A stretch of DNA of 63,713 nucleotides, filler included, from Stramenopiles sp. TOSAG23-2 (GCA_900128395.1; 14 parts of 14 records of this genome joined end to end with filler, not necessarily neighbours in it), one strand, 5' to 3'. Counted from the first letter of the whole stretch, positions 10,655-23,617 are shown. Notes: generated by a model from the sequence alone, not told the origin. Program-made: numbers and translations.

Positions 10655-11860
10655 ATGAAGCAATCGTCTATTATACAGCTTGCTGTATTTTACTTGATCC
10701 TCTTGTTGTCCAACGAAGGCATCACGGTGGCAACTAATATACGTCAAACTCGTTTCGGTGCGGAAACGAGGAAAAAAGTTAAGCATGGAATTATAAAAGT
10801 TGGGCATAAAATAGTTAAGAAAATTAAATGTTGGTTTAGTAAATTGCGTGGCGCAAAATATACTGAAGATGATCGAAAATCACATCATTGTAGCAAAGAG
10901 AGGAAACCAGTTTTTTTCAATAAGATACGTGAATCAACATCAGATAATGAATGTTGGGAAAAAGGTAAAGATCGTAAAGTCACACACGTATGTACAAGTG
11001 AATTAGCTAAATTAGGATTAAAAGAATATATTCTTACTAAAACATCAAATACAGGTAATGATCAAAGACGACGTTTATTATCAAAAGTAAGAAAGGATTG
11101 GGAAGAAGAAGAAAAGGAAGCATCCCACAATGAGGGTGTTATTAGTGACAGTGAAAACAAAGAAGAGGAAGAAGAAACCAACGATAAAAAGAAAAAAAAA
11201 GCTAGAAAAGAAAACGTAAAAAACGAAGCAGAATTTAAGAAAAAAGCAAAAAAAAAAGAACAAGAAGAAGAAAAAAAAAGGGAAAAAAAGGAAAAAGAAG
11301 AAGAAAAAAAAAGGAAAAAAAAGGAAAAAGAAGAAGAAAAAAAAAGGAAAAAAATAGAAAAAGAAGAAAAAAAAAGGAACAAAATAGAAAAAGAAGAAGA
11401 AAAAAAAAGGGAAAAAGCAATAAACGAAGAAGAGGGAAAAGAAAACACAAAACCAACATCATTGGGTAGTTGGGGTGGTGGGAGTGATTGGGATGATGCA
11501 TGGTCTGGTTTTATATCAAATGTTAATTCACATGGAGATAATGATGGTAAATGTAAAGTCCATAATAGTTTAAGTGGTATAACTGTTGATGCAGATGGTT
11601 CATATTCATTTTCATGTTCACAATCACCAGATTTATGTAATTGCATAAGTCAAGTTGGTACTGGTAGTACAAGTGCTGATACGCAATATTTTGTAAATCA
11701 AAATTTGGGTATACAGTTAGGTGTATTTAAAGATGGTGGTTTCACTGCATATGAGATATGTGAGATTAATGGTGAATGTCATGCATATGGTGATGTGAAT
11801 GATGGGATGAATGCAAGAAGAAGGAGGAGGTTGTTGGGTGATCGTAGCGGAGGTAGTTAA
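10655..11860 (+). CDS. Secreted protein with a Lys/Glu-rich linker, Cys-containing domains and two RRRLL motifs
   Basis: Signal peptide MKQSSIIQLAVFYLILLLS; KEEEKKRK repeats; DQRRRLL and ARRRRRLL. Confidence 0.7.
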   Translation: MKQSSIIQLAVFYLILLLSNEGITVATNIRQTRFGAETRKKVKHGIIKVGHKIVKKIKCWFSKLRGAKYTEDDRKSHHCSKERKPVFFNKIRESTSDNECWEKGKDRKVTHVCTSELAKLGLKEYILTKTSNTGNDQRRRLLSKVRKDWEEEEKEASHNEGVISDSENKEEEEETNDKKKKKARKENVKNEAEFKKKAKKKEQEEEKKREKKEKEEEKKRKKKEKEEEKKRKKIEKEEKKRNKIEKEEEKKREKAINEEEGKENTKPTSLGSWGGGSDWDDAWSGFISNVNSHGDNDGKCKVHNSLSGITVDADGSYSFSCSQSPDLCNCISQVGTGSTSADTQYFVNQNLGIQLGVFKDGGFTAYEICEINGECHAYGDVNDGMNARRRRRLLGDRSGGS

Positions 11861-12482
11861 TATTTTATAAAAATATAATACGTAGTATGCGCGTATTTTA
11901 ATTTTTTATTTCTACTCATGACAATTCCTACTCTCCAGAGAATACAGTGACTGAGCCAATATTAATATCTATCATTAGCTTGCGGCGGCGCATGAGAGCT
12001 TTATTATAGTAGGAGTAAATCCTTTTCTTAGATTGAGTATTGAGCATAATATTCTTCAGGAGATATAAAATTATTTATTATATATAACTTAGATTTTAAA
12101 CTGCGTGTAAAATAATTTAAAAATATCTTGTGTTTAAAATCTTAAAAATTCGACATCATATACATATCATATTTGATGGTTAAAATTTAAGTTATAATAA
12201 TTTTTATCTCTCCAGTGGTAAATACTATGCTCAATTTAATGTTAGCCATTTGTTTCAAAGATAAAATTGCTAAATCACAAAAACCTCCTTGCGTGTTCAT
12301 CCCGAATGGATATATAGTTGGTGCTGGCCGATCTCCGTATACATATCATATATATCTAGTGTAGTAGTAAATACTTTCAGGTTTCAGGAGCAACATGAGT
12401 ATGGTTATGATATGCGTATGGTATTTTAATCTAAGTTAACGATAATGTTCAATCTCTCGTAAATACTATTTTTCGTTCAGCT

Positions 12483-14480
12483 CTAGTTGCAATCACCACC
12501 GTCGTATTTACATGCATTCGAGTTACATTCACTGTCACATTCCCCATCTTGTTTATATCTATTTGGGCAATATATTGAACATTGGGGGACACACCCTGCC
12601 CCATCGTGTTTTATAAGATCTTGCATTTTTTTAGAAGCGCTACCTTCTATCCACCCATTTGAACATACAGGGTTATTATGAAGATATATTCGTTGTAACG
12701 CCTCGAGTGAGTCCAAAATATTAGGAAGAGCTTCAATAGCATTATTTCTTATATCAAAATCTATTAGCCGCACTAAATTTCCTACTTCGCTAGGTATATT
12801 TGTAATGTTATTATTATTATGTAATTTTAAAAATTGAAGTGATGTTGCATCACCTATAGCTGTAGGGATCTTGTTGATGTCGTTTCCATCAGCATGAAGC
12901 AACACAATATCCAATGCAAATAATTCATTTGGCAATTCATATAAAGTATTGTTACTCATCAGTAACTCTGTCAAGGTTTTCGAGGAGCTTATTGATGGTG
13001 AAATGGTTGAAATATTGTTGTTATCTAATTCCAACAAAAACATGTATTCATTGCCCCAAACATTATCTGATAAATTTTCCAGTTTGTTGTTTTCTAAATG
13101 CAATTTATTATATTTCATTTTTCCTAAAGCATCCGGTACTTTAATTAATGTATTAAAGCTAAAATCTAATTCCCTTACTTTGTCAAATTTTGCATCAATA
13201 TCACTTGGTATTATTTTTAATGGGCCGTGATTAATTTGCATTATTTTCAATGCATTCATATTATATATTTCACTTGGAAATTCTGTCCAATTATGCTTTC
13301 GTACATTTAAAACAGCACAATTACATGTTGGTGAAAAAATGGTTCCACAAAATGGTGTTTTAACGATACAACTGTCCCATAACGTTACTTCGCATGTAGT
13401 TTCATTGACCGATGAAATCAACGCTAACTGTACTATTGCTACAATCAAAAATAAAATGCCAAATGAAAATTTGCATATACCAGCCCCCATATGAACACAA
13501 TATGGAACAAATAGTTGTTGTTGATCGCTAATTTCATAATGACTTAATCTTCGGAACAAACTTTTCCGTCTTCTACTAGCTCTGAAAGAAGCTTGTTCTT
13601 GTGCTTTTAGCGTTGCCATGGCTGTACGAGATCGAATGATTTCTTCTAAAATGGTATCTAATTTCATTAATATTGTAAATGCAGGATAGATACTAACTTG
13701 TATCATTTCTTCTATGGATATTGGAATCTTGTAACCAAACCACAGAATAATCAACGGCAAAGCAATACATAAAAAATCGACTAATGTATCAATGATAATT
13801 TGCCTGTCTCTTCTATTGGGATCATTTTTTCGTACCATGAAGCTAACTGTATGAAAACTATCGATACTGAGAGCGATGCATAAAATCGATGTTATTTCTA
13901 CTGGCAACGAACAGGTATAAATAGTAAACAGATTATTTATTTGATTAAGAGATTCCAACATTTCTAATGTATATAATTGCCATAAATAATATTTCCCAAA
14001 TATTTGAAAATCATTATATCTTATTTTTGTTTTTTGAAAACATGTGTTGGTGTTAGTGTCATCTTTGTTTTCTTTATCTTCAAATGTTTTTTCCTCTTCG
14101 ATAAAATCATTGACCATTTTTTTCCAGCGACCTAGATAATATATAACAAATAGCAGAAATAAACAGGCCATTACAATAAATACCCAGACATAATCTCGAT
14201 CGAAATTTCGAAAAGAGGCTGTATATGGATACAGCAAATATATGAACAATAAAGCCATTACTAATGAGAAACACATTACTAATACACCATTCCATCCAAC
14301 ATGGCTACAAAACGTGACTGAAACTTTTACGATAGCTTGGTTATCCATGTCATTATTGCTGCTACTGTTATCCTTGTTGTTGTTTTTATTCTTGTTATTA
14401 CCGCTGCCACTTTTGTTGTGTACAACATTGTCATTGTAACTTGTCAGCTGCACCTCTTTTGCAGTGACCGCTTCCTGCAT
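12483..14480 (-). CDS. Multipass membrane protein with LRRs and a C-terminal LNR (Lin12/Notch) repeat
   Basis: About 6-7 hydrophobic segments, LxxLxLxxN repeats, terminal CPNRYKQDGECDSECNSNACKYDGGDC. Confidence 0.8.
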   Translation of the reverse strand: MQEAVTAKEVQLTSYNDNVVHNKSGSGNNKNKNNNKDNSSSNNDMDNQAIVKVSVTFCSHVGWNGVLVMCFSLVMALLFIYLLYPYTASFRNFDRDYVWVFIVMACLFLLFVIYYLGRWKKMVNDFIEEEKTFEDKENKDDTNTNTCFQKTKIRYNDFQIFGKYYLWQLYTLEMLESLNQINNLFTIYTCSLPVEITSILCIALSIDSFHTVSFMVRKNDPNRRDRQIIIDTLVDFLCIALPLIILWFGYKIPISIEEMIQVSIYPAFTILMKLDTILEEIIRSRTAMATLKAQEQASFRASRRRKSLFRRLSHYEISDQQQLFVPYCVHMGAGICKFSFGILFLIVAIVQLALISSVNETTCEVTLWDSCIVKTPFCGTIFSPTCNCAVLNVRKHNWTEFPSEIYNMNALKIMQINHGPLKIIPSDIDAKFDKVRELDFSFNTLIKVPDALGKMKYNKLHLENNKLENLSDNVWGNEYMFLLELDNNNISTISPSISSSKTLTELLMSNNTLYELPNELFALDIVLLHADGNDINKIPTAIGDATSLQFLKLHNNNNITNIPSEVGNLVRLIDFDIRNNAIEALPNILDSLEALQRIYLHNNPVCSNGWIEGSASKKMQDLIKHDGAGCVPQCSIYCPNRYKQDGECDSECNSNACKYDGGDCN

Positions 14481-16265
14481 CGTTGAGTCGTAAAAAACTA
14501 CAAATAATGTTTTGTTCCGGATTTACTCGCGTTTTCATTAAAGTCTTTAATAGATGTTTTCGGTTTTTGTTTTTGTTTTTAGTTATTGTTATTGTTTATG
14601 AATATGGAATACGTAGCAATTCATGTTTAAATTAAATGTTTTGATACTATAATTAACGCGTTCCATTTAGATTTCAATATTTCAATAATAGTTAATAGTA
14701 TTTAATAATAATAAGAATTAAGAAGATATTTGATATTTTTATTATTAATTTAAGAAGGAAGTAGGCCAGTAGGCAAAAAAACAATTACAAGAGTAATGCT
14801 ATTACGCCCTAAAACAATGCTATTACGGGCTAGGATTGTTTTTTTTTGCTTTTTTGTTTTTTGCATCCTTTGATAGCCAACTTTTGCGCCATAAAGTCTA
14901 TACATTTAGTACAATTAAGTTTTAAGGACCCTTTTTTCATCTATATTTATGCCATGCTGTGTGCCTTGTAATTTTTGTGTCATTCTAGGTCTTCGATAGC
15001 ATGAAAAATCGTCGGGCACCCATGGAGCATGGCAAAATTTGAGACTTTTTTGCCGTCGGGACTTTTTAAACTGTGGTGCTGGTGATGTGAGATGTGTGCC
15101 TCCAGGTAGACTAATATTATACTGTACAGGTACAGAGTACAGAGCATAATACGAATATGGTGCTATAAATACTACAACTATAGAGCTATCTTTATCTCTT
15201 TTTAATATAAATATCAAATCGTTTCACTTAATTCCCTTATTTTATCACCATAATCATTATTGAAAANNNNNNNNNNNNNNNNNNNNNNNNNNNNNNNNNN
15301 NNNNNNNNNNTTAATTAATTAANNNNNNNNNNNNNNNNNNNNNNNNNNNNNNNNNNNNNNNNNNNNGGTCCTTAAACTAAAATTTCAAGAAAATGCATCA
15401 AAAAGTTTGTACGGAAAAAAAATATAAAAATAGCAGGTAAATACTATTAGATCACTAATTTTGTACGGAATAAGAAAAAATGCAAATGAAAATACATGGG
15501 AATAGCATTAGCATATTTTGGGATAAAAAAAGCTTACGTAGAATGGGCCTTACAGTAGCTACTAGCTACTATCCGGACACTACTAAAATTTTTTGATGAT
15601 AATTTTGTTGCCGGTGGCCGGGTGGTGCTACACAGGTTGTACAAATAAGGTATTAATACTTTGATGAGAGATGAGATATTTTAAGAATCCTTATTCTGGG
15701 TGGAATGCATTAGTTGAAATTAGTATATAGCACTAGAATAAGAAGAACGAGATGGATGCGATGGAATATTGTTTTAAGGTGTGGTTGTGAGAAGAAGAAA
15801 TGTACATCTCAATATCTAAATCTAAATCTCTGCCCATGATGTATTATATCCATGGACCATGGTAATGGACAATACCACCACTGGTAGTAGTCTAAGCATA
15901 GCAGGGTTTCCTAGTGCCATTTCGATGATATATTAATCTAATTAAGGGAGCTGAGGAGGAGCTGATCTGCGCTGGAGAGAGGGACAAGAGCAGCACCACA
16001 CATCACCTCATAACACACCTCGATTATTTTTTTCTTCTACTTCTTCTCCTTGAAATAACAATTAATGAATAATAGAATTGTACGATGTAAGAAAACGTAA
16101 AAGTGATATAGATTGTTGATACGAATAAAAACAAAGTATATTGTTTATATATATACATATTTATACATTTATTTAAAATAATAGTTAGTGGAAAGACACA
16201 CCAAAAAAAAAAAGAAAAAACAACTAATTGAGACGTACAAATACATACACAAATAAATATTAAAC

Positions 16266-17471
16266 ATGGACACTTTGAAACTATTACGAGATGTAACTAT
16301 GGGAAATATTACTGTGGAAGAAAATGACGGTATATTTGAATTTAGCAACGGTGAAAAAATAAAAGGTGATACGAAAACTATATATAAACGTAAAAACCAA
16401 CAACAATACTATAATTTAAATGAATTGTATCACTATATCAAAGTTGCACTTATTGATAAAAAAACTAGTAAATATGTTATGTCGTGTCGTGAAAAGAAAT
16501 TTATACCTGTACCAATTTTACAAAGGAAGAACATGTTAAAATTTTTCACTGGTAAATCGGATACTGCACCTGAAATCGATGCTAGCAGTGGTACCAGTGC
16601 ATCCAGTTCTGCAAGGGCAACTACAAGTACGACAACAGCCACAACCAGCAGCGGTGGAATTGCTTCATCCGCAAGGCAAGTGGATGCGGTTGAAAATGCT
16701 GATTTAATATCAATTTTTGAAGCTCAAGTAAGAAATAAACGTGCTTCCCATTTATCTGCAAGTGTAGGTAACTTTAAAATAGTTTTAAAACTTTGTGAAA
16801 TGGCAGAAAAGGCAGATAAGAAGAAAGCGCGTGCATCTTCATCCTCTAGGAAAAGAAAATCATCTAAGGATGATGCAAATGGTAACAAACGTTCAAAAGC
16901 AAATATGATGGATGTTGACAATGATGACGATGAGACTGAGCAAAAAAAGTCATATGACTTAAGTTATGATCCAAGGCGACCAATTATTATTGTTCCATCA
17001 AGTGGTATTTTTACGATGTACAATGCGAAAGAATTTTTAGAAAATGGAAAATTTATTGCACCAGAAATAGCTAAAAAAAATCGTAAACCAAGGGAAGTTA
17101 TAATCCAAAGAAAGACGCCAAAGGGCATGGTTGAATATTTGGTAGTAGATAATGTTCGGAATTTTTCCAAAAACAATTGGAAGCGCGTAGTTGCTGTATT
17201 TGCTATTGGGCCTACGTGGCAATTTAAAAATTGGTACTGGAAAAGTCCTGCAGATATCTTTGCAAATTGTTGTGGTTTCCATTTTAAATATGAACAAATC
17301 CCAATCCATCCAGAAGTGAAAAAAATGAAAGTGCAAGTATGTGAATTGTCGCAACATCAACGCCATCGTGATATTGTTGCAAGCAAAGTGTTTTGGGAGA
17401 CATTAGATAAGAGCATTAACATAGACAAACCATGGTATCAACCAGGGAATTTTAAACCAGTGCAAGATTGA
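16266..17471 (+). CDS. CDC73: PAF1 complex subunit parafibromin
   Basis: PIIIVPS, TMYNAKEFLENGKF, WKRVVAVFAIGPTWQFKNW, RHRD. Confidence 0.92.
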   Translation: MDTLKLLRDVTMGNITVEENDGIFEFSNGEKIKGDTKTIYKRKNQQQYYNLNELYHYIKVALIDKKTSKYVMSCREKKFIPVPILQRKNMLKFFTGKSDTAPEIDASSGTSASSSARATTSTTTATTSSGGIASSARQVDAVENADLISIFEAQVRNKRASHLSASVGNFKIVLKLCEMAEKADKKKARASSSSRKRKSSKDDANGNKRSKANMMDVDNDDDETEQKKSYDLSYDPRRPIIIVPSSGIFTMYNAKEFLENGKFIAPEIAKKNRKPREVIIQRKTPKGMVEYLVVDNVRNFSKNNWKRVVAVFAIGPTWQFKNWYWKSPADIFANCCGFHFKYEQIPIHPEVKKMKVQVCELSQHQRHRDIVASKVFWETLDKSINIDKPWYQPGNFKPVQD

Positions 17472-17756
17472 GGGTGTGTAAATCCTTTTATTCTAGATTT
17501 TTATACGTATATCGGATATACTCGGCTCGTAATAAAAAAATATTTTTTACGTGTGTAATTTTTAAAAAAAAAATACACGAAAAATCCTTTTTTATGAAAT
17601 ATATTGAAAAAATGTAATTTATTCATATAATATATATATATAATGATGAATATATATATATATATACACCTCTTTTTTATATTTCATAATATCATACTAA
17701 TATGTGATATCTCACACACATACTCCCGTATATTATTTCGTGTTCCGGTAAAACAT

Positions 17757-17797
<41 letters not shown>

Positions 17798-17862
17798 ATC
17801 TCAGCTCACCACATATCATACAGCAACTGATGCAAACATACACGCATACTGCTTTTCATTTT

Positions 17863-18950
17863 TTACTTTACAAGCTCTTTCTTGCCATTTCCTTCTTCCT
17901 CTTCTTCTTCTAATAAAGTATATGATTGGTCTTCGGCATCACCATTCGGCATTTCTATCTTGGAATTACGACGACCAATTTTCCCACTCCATAATTCCAT
18001 AAATGCATTGTAAAGTACATTAAATATGCCTAAATAATACAATGCACCAATATAACTTAAAAACAGTATTCCTAGCACTATAATTGTAATAATCAAGCTA
18101 AAAACATTATCCAAACATGCTTCTACAATGCAATAAATAGTACCACTAACAACAATGCATATGCCACTTAATAAAAAATATTGTTCTACTAAATTTTGAA
18201 ATGCAAACGCAAATGGTTTTACTTTCATATGTAACCATTAAAAAAAAGACATAATGATTGAGGCTAAGATACCAAGCAAAATGCTGTTGTCTATTATACT
18301 TGTACAAATTAGTAAACTTAATTGTCGAAACCATACAACAAATTGCCAATACGCAGCGTGTTGATCAAAGCGACGTGCAAAAAAATTTAATCTACGTTTT
18401 AATCGATCTTGTTGTATTTGAAGTTTCTTTAAACAATAAGGAATTGAACCATCCCATAACTTCGCAAAGACAAATGTTTCACGGCAATATTTGAAAAGAA
18501 CGCATAGGAATATCAATTTCGGTATAAAAACACGACACCAATCGCCAATATCTCCCCCTCCTCTTAAATTCGAGTCATATATCATATATTTCATTATGTC
18601 TGTATATCACATATATTATATATAGTGAGATGTTAGATATACATATATATGATTTCTATTTGTAGTGTGTTTTTGGAGTAATAATATTTATAAAAAAATA
18701 TTTTGAGTATATGAAATATATATATATATATATAGAAAGACTTTATTAATATATACTTACACATGCCAAAAAGTGAAATTCCAATTCCTAAAACATTAGC
18801 AATACTATCTGATTGTTTTGATCTTTTTTCATTTGTACCACATGCTTTGCAACAACATTTGTTTAATATTTTATTTGGTACCATTTTCATTACAAGTAAT
18901 TTTCCATATATAGCGAAAAATAATAAAACACCAATGCCCCCGTATCTCCG
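17863..18950 (-). CDS. Fragmented or intron-containing multipass membrane protein (possible frameshift at the A-run near 18240)
   Basis: Co-oriented hydrophobic ORF pieces (RF...AYWQFVVWFRQL; KPFAFAFQNLVE) and a GTAAG donor at about 18760; boundaries uncertain. Confidence 0.45.
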
Positions 18951-19589
18951 TTATTATATCGTATAATATATCTATCTATATACGATATGTATACTCTGGC
19001 AAGCAAGCGCAGAGTCTTCCCACAGCTGAGATTTCACATCAATGTGTAAACATATATATTATTACCACAAACAACAATCATCGATATATATAATTAGAAT
19101 AATTAATAAATAAAATAAGTAATAATAAAAAATAATAAATAATAATAGAGTAAATAAAAAAAAAAGTGAAAAAACCAAAATGAAAAAATGAAAAATGATG
19201 ATGTGGAAAAAGCAAAGAGAATGGTACGTTAAGGTATTTTCGATGTTTTAATATAATAATTAATAATGAGCAATGAAGTATGAAGTACCAATGAACAAAG
19301 GTGCAAATTGTTGTTCATAAATTGAAATAAATATCCGTAAAATAATTTATATATTTTATATATATATATATTAATAAAATATGTCAACATGTCAACATAC
19401 TACAAAAGTTCAATTTACAATTCCTATAATATAATATAAACTATTTGAAAAAACAATAACAAGTTCAATTGTTTACAATTCATTCATATATAATCTATTT
19501 GAAAAAATAATAATACCATTGTGAAACATTTAATTATACATATATTGTACAGTATTTACAAAAAAAAGAAAATTAAATAAACGGGAATC

Positions 19590-20342
19590 ATGTGGAAAAT
19601 GAATATTACTAATAATAATAATAATAATAATTTTTTAATGATAATTGCAATAATATTTAATTGTTTATATTTAATAAGTGCATCTCCATCACCTTCCACG
19701 AACAACGTATTTGATAAAATAAATGCATTAAGAAAATCTCATCATAGAGAACCATCTTCATCCTCTGAAGTCACAAGTAAAAATTATCCAAAACGTATTT
19801 TATTTATTGGAAATAGTATGACATACGTTGGTAATTTACCAAAACTTATTACACAAATAGCAGCAGAACATCATTTTGATTCTATTTCTGTTGATTCAGT
19901 GACACCTGGAGGAACAACATTACAACAACATTATGATAAAGGTATTGCAACCAAAAAAATTCAATCTGGAAATTATGATATTGTTGTCATACAAGGTCAA
20001 TCATCAGAAGCAATTGATGACTATGAAAATTTTAAAACGTATGGTATTAAATTAGCAAACGAAGCTATTAAATATAAAGCAAAACCATTTTTATTTAGCG
20101 CATGGTCATGTTGTACACCATTTGCTTGTAGTGGTGAACAACAACAAGAAGATTATGAAGCAATTAGTAAAGCTTATGATGATATTGCAAAAGCAACAAA
20201 AGCAACAATAGTGCCTGTTGGAAAATCATGGCAATTATATCGTAAAGCACATTCAAAAAAAGTTGGCGAACTAACATCTGATAATTGTCATCCAAATCAA
20301 GATGGTGCATATTTATCTGCATGTAGAAGCATGTTTGGATAA
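19590..20342 (+). CDS. Secreted SGNH/GDSL-type hydrolase
   Basis: Signal peptide; block I ILFIGNSMT; DIVVIQGQS; catalytic DxxH (DNCHP). Confidence 0.8.
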   Translation: MWKMNITNNNNNNNFLMIIAIIFNCLYLISASPSPSTNNVFDKINALRKSHHREPSSSSEVTSKNYPKRILFIGNSMTYVGNLPKLITQIAAEHHFDSISVDSVTPGGTTLQQHYDKGIATKKIQSGNYDIVVIQGQSSEAIDDYENFKTYGIKLANEAIKYKAKPFLFSAWSCCTPFACSGEQQQEDYEAISKAYDDIAKATKATIVPVGKSWQLYRKAHSKKVGELTSDNCHPNQDGAYLSACRSMFG

Positions 20343-22110
20343 TGTTTTTAGCTTGATTATTACAATTATAGTGCTANNNNNNNNNNNNNNNNNNNNNNNN
20401 NNNNNNNNNNNNNNNNNNNNTTAATTAATTAANNNNNNNNNNNNNNNNNNNNNNNNNNNNNNNNNNNNNNNNNNNNTTTAAAAATTTATAGTACGTAAAT
20501 AGTATTGTTTAACCAGAAGTTTTGTGGTAGTTGTGGTAGTGAAAATAAATTATTGGTGGTGGAAATGTGATGATGTGCAAAAATGAGAAGAATACTGATG
20601 CACTATGACACTATACACCATACAAAATACTACCACAGTTAATATATATATATATATATATACATACACACACATACACATATACCAGCATATAGTTTGT
20701 TTTGAATAATAATAGATCCATAACTGTAATTAGCAATATATCGATACATATATACGTACACAACACATACATACACACACACACGTAGCAACCGTCTTTT
20801 TTTTTATTTCTCCTGAGATAACCATTTTTGAACATATATAAAGAACAACACAATTATCATGGGAAATAATATGTGTGCATCTAGTAGAGATCATCATAGC
20901 GATAATCGAAGTTGTGGTAGTGGTTATGGATATAGCAAGCCCCAAGCAAATGGCTTTGGCGTGTTATATAAACCATGTAGTGATAAAATAGTGATAAAGT
21001 TTGATACGAATGATATTTACCAAAGAGATGACTCGAAGAAAAGAAAGAAAAAGCGGAAAAGTAAACTTGTACAATAGTTTTATGATAGGAGATAATTTAT
21101 CGATACGGCAACAACAACAAAATGTGGAAGACCATATATCGATAGTTTTTACCATGATTTCATTTTCCCAACTTCTTCGTAAGCTAAGAATATTTTCCGG
21201 GAAAAAAGAACTGTGGATACAAATGTTCGTATATATTTAAAAAACAGAAAAAAAAACTAAATATTATACCATATATAGTTGATGATGAAAAAATATTTCG
21301 TTAGCTATAATAACTTGTGTGTTGTGGTATGGAAATTGATGTTTTTTTTTTCTGATCAACTTTTTTGCAAAAACATTTTTAAAATATACGTACAACACAA
21401 GCGCACAAGATTTTTACATGTAAAAAAAACAAGAAAACGACCGAGAATTCTAATTTTTGGTTATTATTCTCCCCTCCCCTAGAGTTCATTATTATATGAT
21501 GAAACGTGAAATGGAGAGAGAGAGCGACAGAGAAATAATATATATATATATGTATATATGTTATAATAGACGACACTACTACTATTATTGAAAAAACCTT
21601 TATCATACTTTACAACTACTACAGCCTACAGAGTACAGAGCCTACAGCCTTTTTTATGCGTGTTTATTAGTTTCGTTCTAGTATAGTTATATAGTAGTTG
21701 TTCCTAGTAGTTCCCCCCTGCTTTTTTCAGAGAAGAAATAGCGTTTCAATTTTACCTATCAAATGACACATAAGTTATACTTGAAGAAAATTAGAATACT
21801 AAACTCCTGTAGTAGCAAAACATAGCAAAAATGAAGTAAAAATAGACATGAAAGAACATACAATATAGATGATGAAAGACATATATATTCTCAATCATTC
21901 TTTCATTTATTCAATTCTTACTTTATTGGTCTCTTACATCGTTGTAATAGTAGTAGTAGAAAAAAAAAATATTAAGAATATTGTATACTTCTAATATTTG
22001 ATTGTTTGTTTTTATTTTTTTTATATAAATTTATAAATTTTAAGTTAATTAACTATTTTATCAAATTTAAGTTCGATTAATAATAGTTAAAATCATTTAC
22101 AACAACTTGG

Positions 22111-22146
<36 letters not shown>

Positions 22147-22169
22147 TTACTTTACAAAAAAAAGAAATC

Positions 22170-22904
22170 ATGGCTGGATTATTAGATTTGGAAGAAGATC
22201 AACAAATTGAATATACATTGGTACAAATACGTGAATGTTTTATCTATCGTGTTGCGGCTACGCATAGTGCACGTGGATATGTTGCAGGTGATTGGGATTT
22301 AGCAAAACCATTTGCAACTGCTGAATTAATAGTAAAACAAAAAGGGGATGAATGTTACATACGTTTATATAAACAACAACAAGGTGGTGCTATGCGGCAA
22401 TTATTAGCAGAATGCCCATTGGAATTCAATAAAGATCCGAAACACAAAGCACACCATTTGAATTTTTTCGTCGAACCATGTACAGATTCATCCCGTTATT
22501 TTGTCGTACGTATTAAAGATCGTAAAACTGGACGTACTGCATCATTAGGATGCGGTTTTCGTAATCGGGAAGACGCCTTTAGCTTCCGTGCAAATTTAGA
22601 AGATTACTTTAAACAAATGAAACAAGCAAATCAACCAAAGAAAACATTGCAACCGGTAAAAACGGCTGCAAAGGCATTAGGTAGTGGGGAAAAGATTAAA
22701 ATTAAACTCAATGTGAAAAAGAAAGATAAGCCAATGAATAATAACAATACATTGTCATCGATGTCATTGAAGATGCCATCCTCATCTAATAACAACAACA
22801 ATAATAAACCAAGTAATACGAATTTAACAACTAGTATGAATCAATTTATTGTCAATGAAGATGATTGGGGGGACGATGATGATTTTGGTGATTTTCAAGG
22901 TTGA
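22170..22904 (+). CDS. NECAP: Adaptin ear-binding coat-associated protein
   Basis: ECFIYR, GYVAGDW, VEPCTDSSRYFVVRI, GFRNREDAFSF, acidic DDFGDFQ tail. Confidence 0.9.
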   Translation: MAGLLDLEEDQQIEYTLVQIRECFIYRVAATHSARGYVAGDWDLAKPFATAELIVKQKGDECYIRLYKQQQGGAMRQLLAECPLEFNKDPKHKAHHLNFFVEPCTDSSRYFVVRIKDRKTGRTASLGCGFRNREDAFSFRANLEDYFKQMKQANQPKKTLQPVKTAAKALGSGEKIKIKLNVKKKDKPMNNNNTLSSMSLKMPSSSNNNNNNKPSNTNLTTSMNQFIVNEDDWGDDDDFGDFQG

Positions 22905-23617
22905 AGGGGTGAGATGTGTGTGTGCATGTGGTTTAAAATATATTTGCATTTTATAATGATTTCTAAGATGTAGGTTAATAAAATACGTATATATCTTTGT
23001 AGAGAAAAGTTCCCATCCACATACACCCCGCCGACCTCTTTTGCTAATGTACTTCAGAAGGGACGAGGTTATTGTAAAAACAAGTTGGCTTTTTATTTAA
23101 AAAAACTGAAGTAAAAAAATATTTATGTGTTGTTACAAAGCTCTCTCTCTCTCTCACTCACTGTCTACGGTCAAGCGCTAATCGTTTATATCTAACCGTA
23201 GTTTGCACATAAACAGCAGAAAGTATATGTTGTTTTCTTTGCTCAATTTCGTGCCTCTTGCATTTTAAACTAAAATCGTTTTTTATTTTGTTTTTTTTTT
23301 TGCTGTTTTTTGCTACGTTTGAACGATTTAATCAATTTGTATATTAAAAACACATTTTACATCATTAGTTCGACATAGCTTCCTATCATTAATTGGTTAC
23401 AATTATTATTATCATCATATTCTGGTTCTTTTTATTATTATTGTTGTAACTTTTGAAAAATAGAACAACATTCATGTAAAACAAGAGTATATATATTTGT
23501 TGGGAACGTTCTTCCTCCTCTCCAACACACAACCTTTCATTTTACATAATATGTTGCTTCATATTACAACTATATATATATAAAACACACAAAAGATAAC
23601 ATGATTATAACCTATGT

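Noticed and set aside
11062-11646. Phe/Ser-rich antisense ORFs, and many other short shadow ORFs
   Set aside because: Reverse complement of Lys/Glu repeats or of real genes; low-complexity artefacts
14915-15217. 100-aa ORF
   Set aside because: Non-ATG start, no motifs, within repeat-like DNA
20477-21700. Several short overlapping ORFs
   Set aside because: No recognisable motifs, and microsatellite-rich; cannot support a gene call
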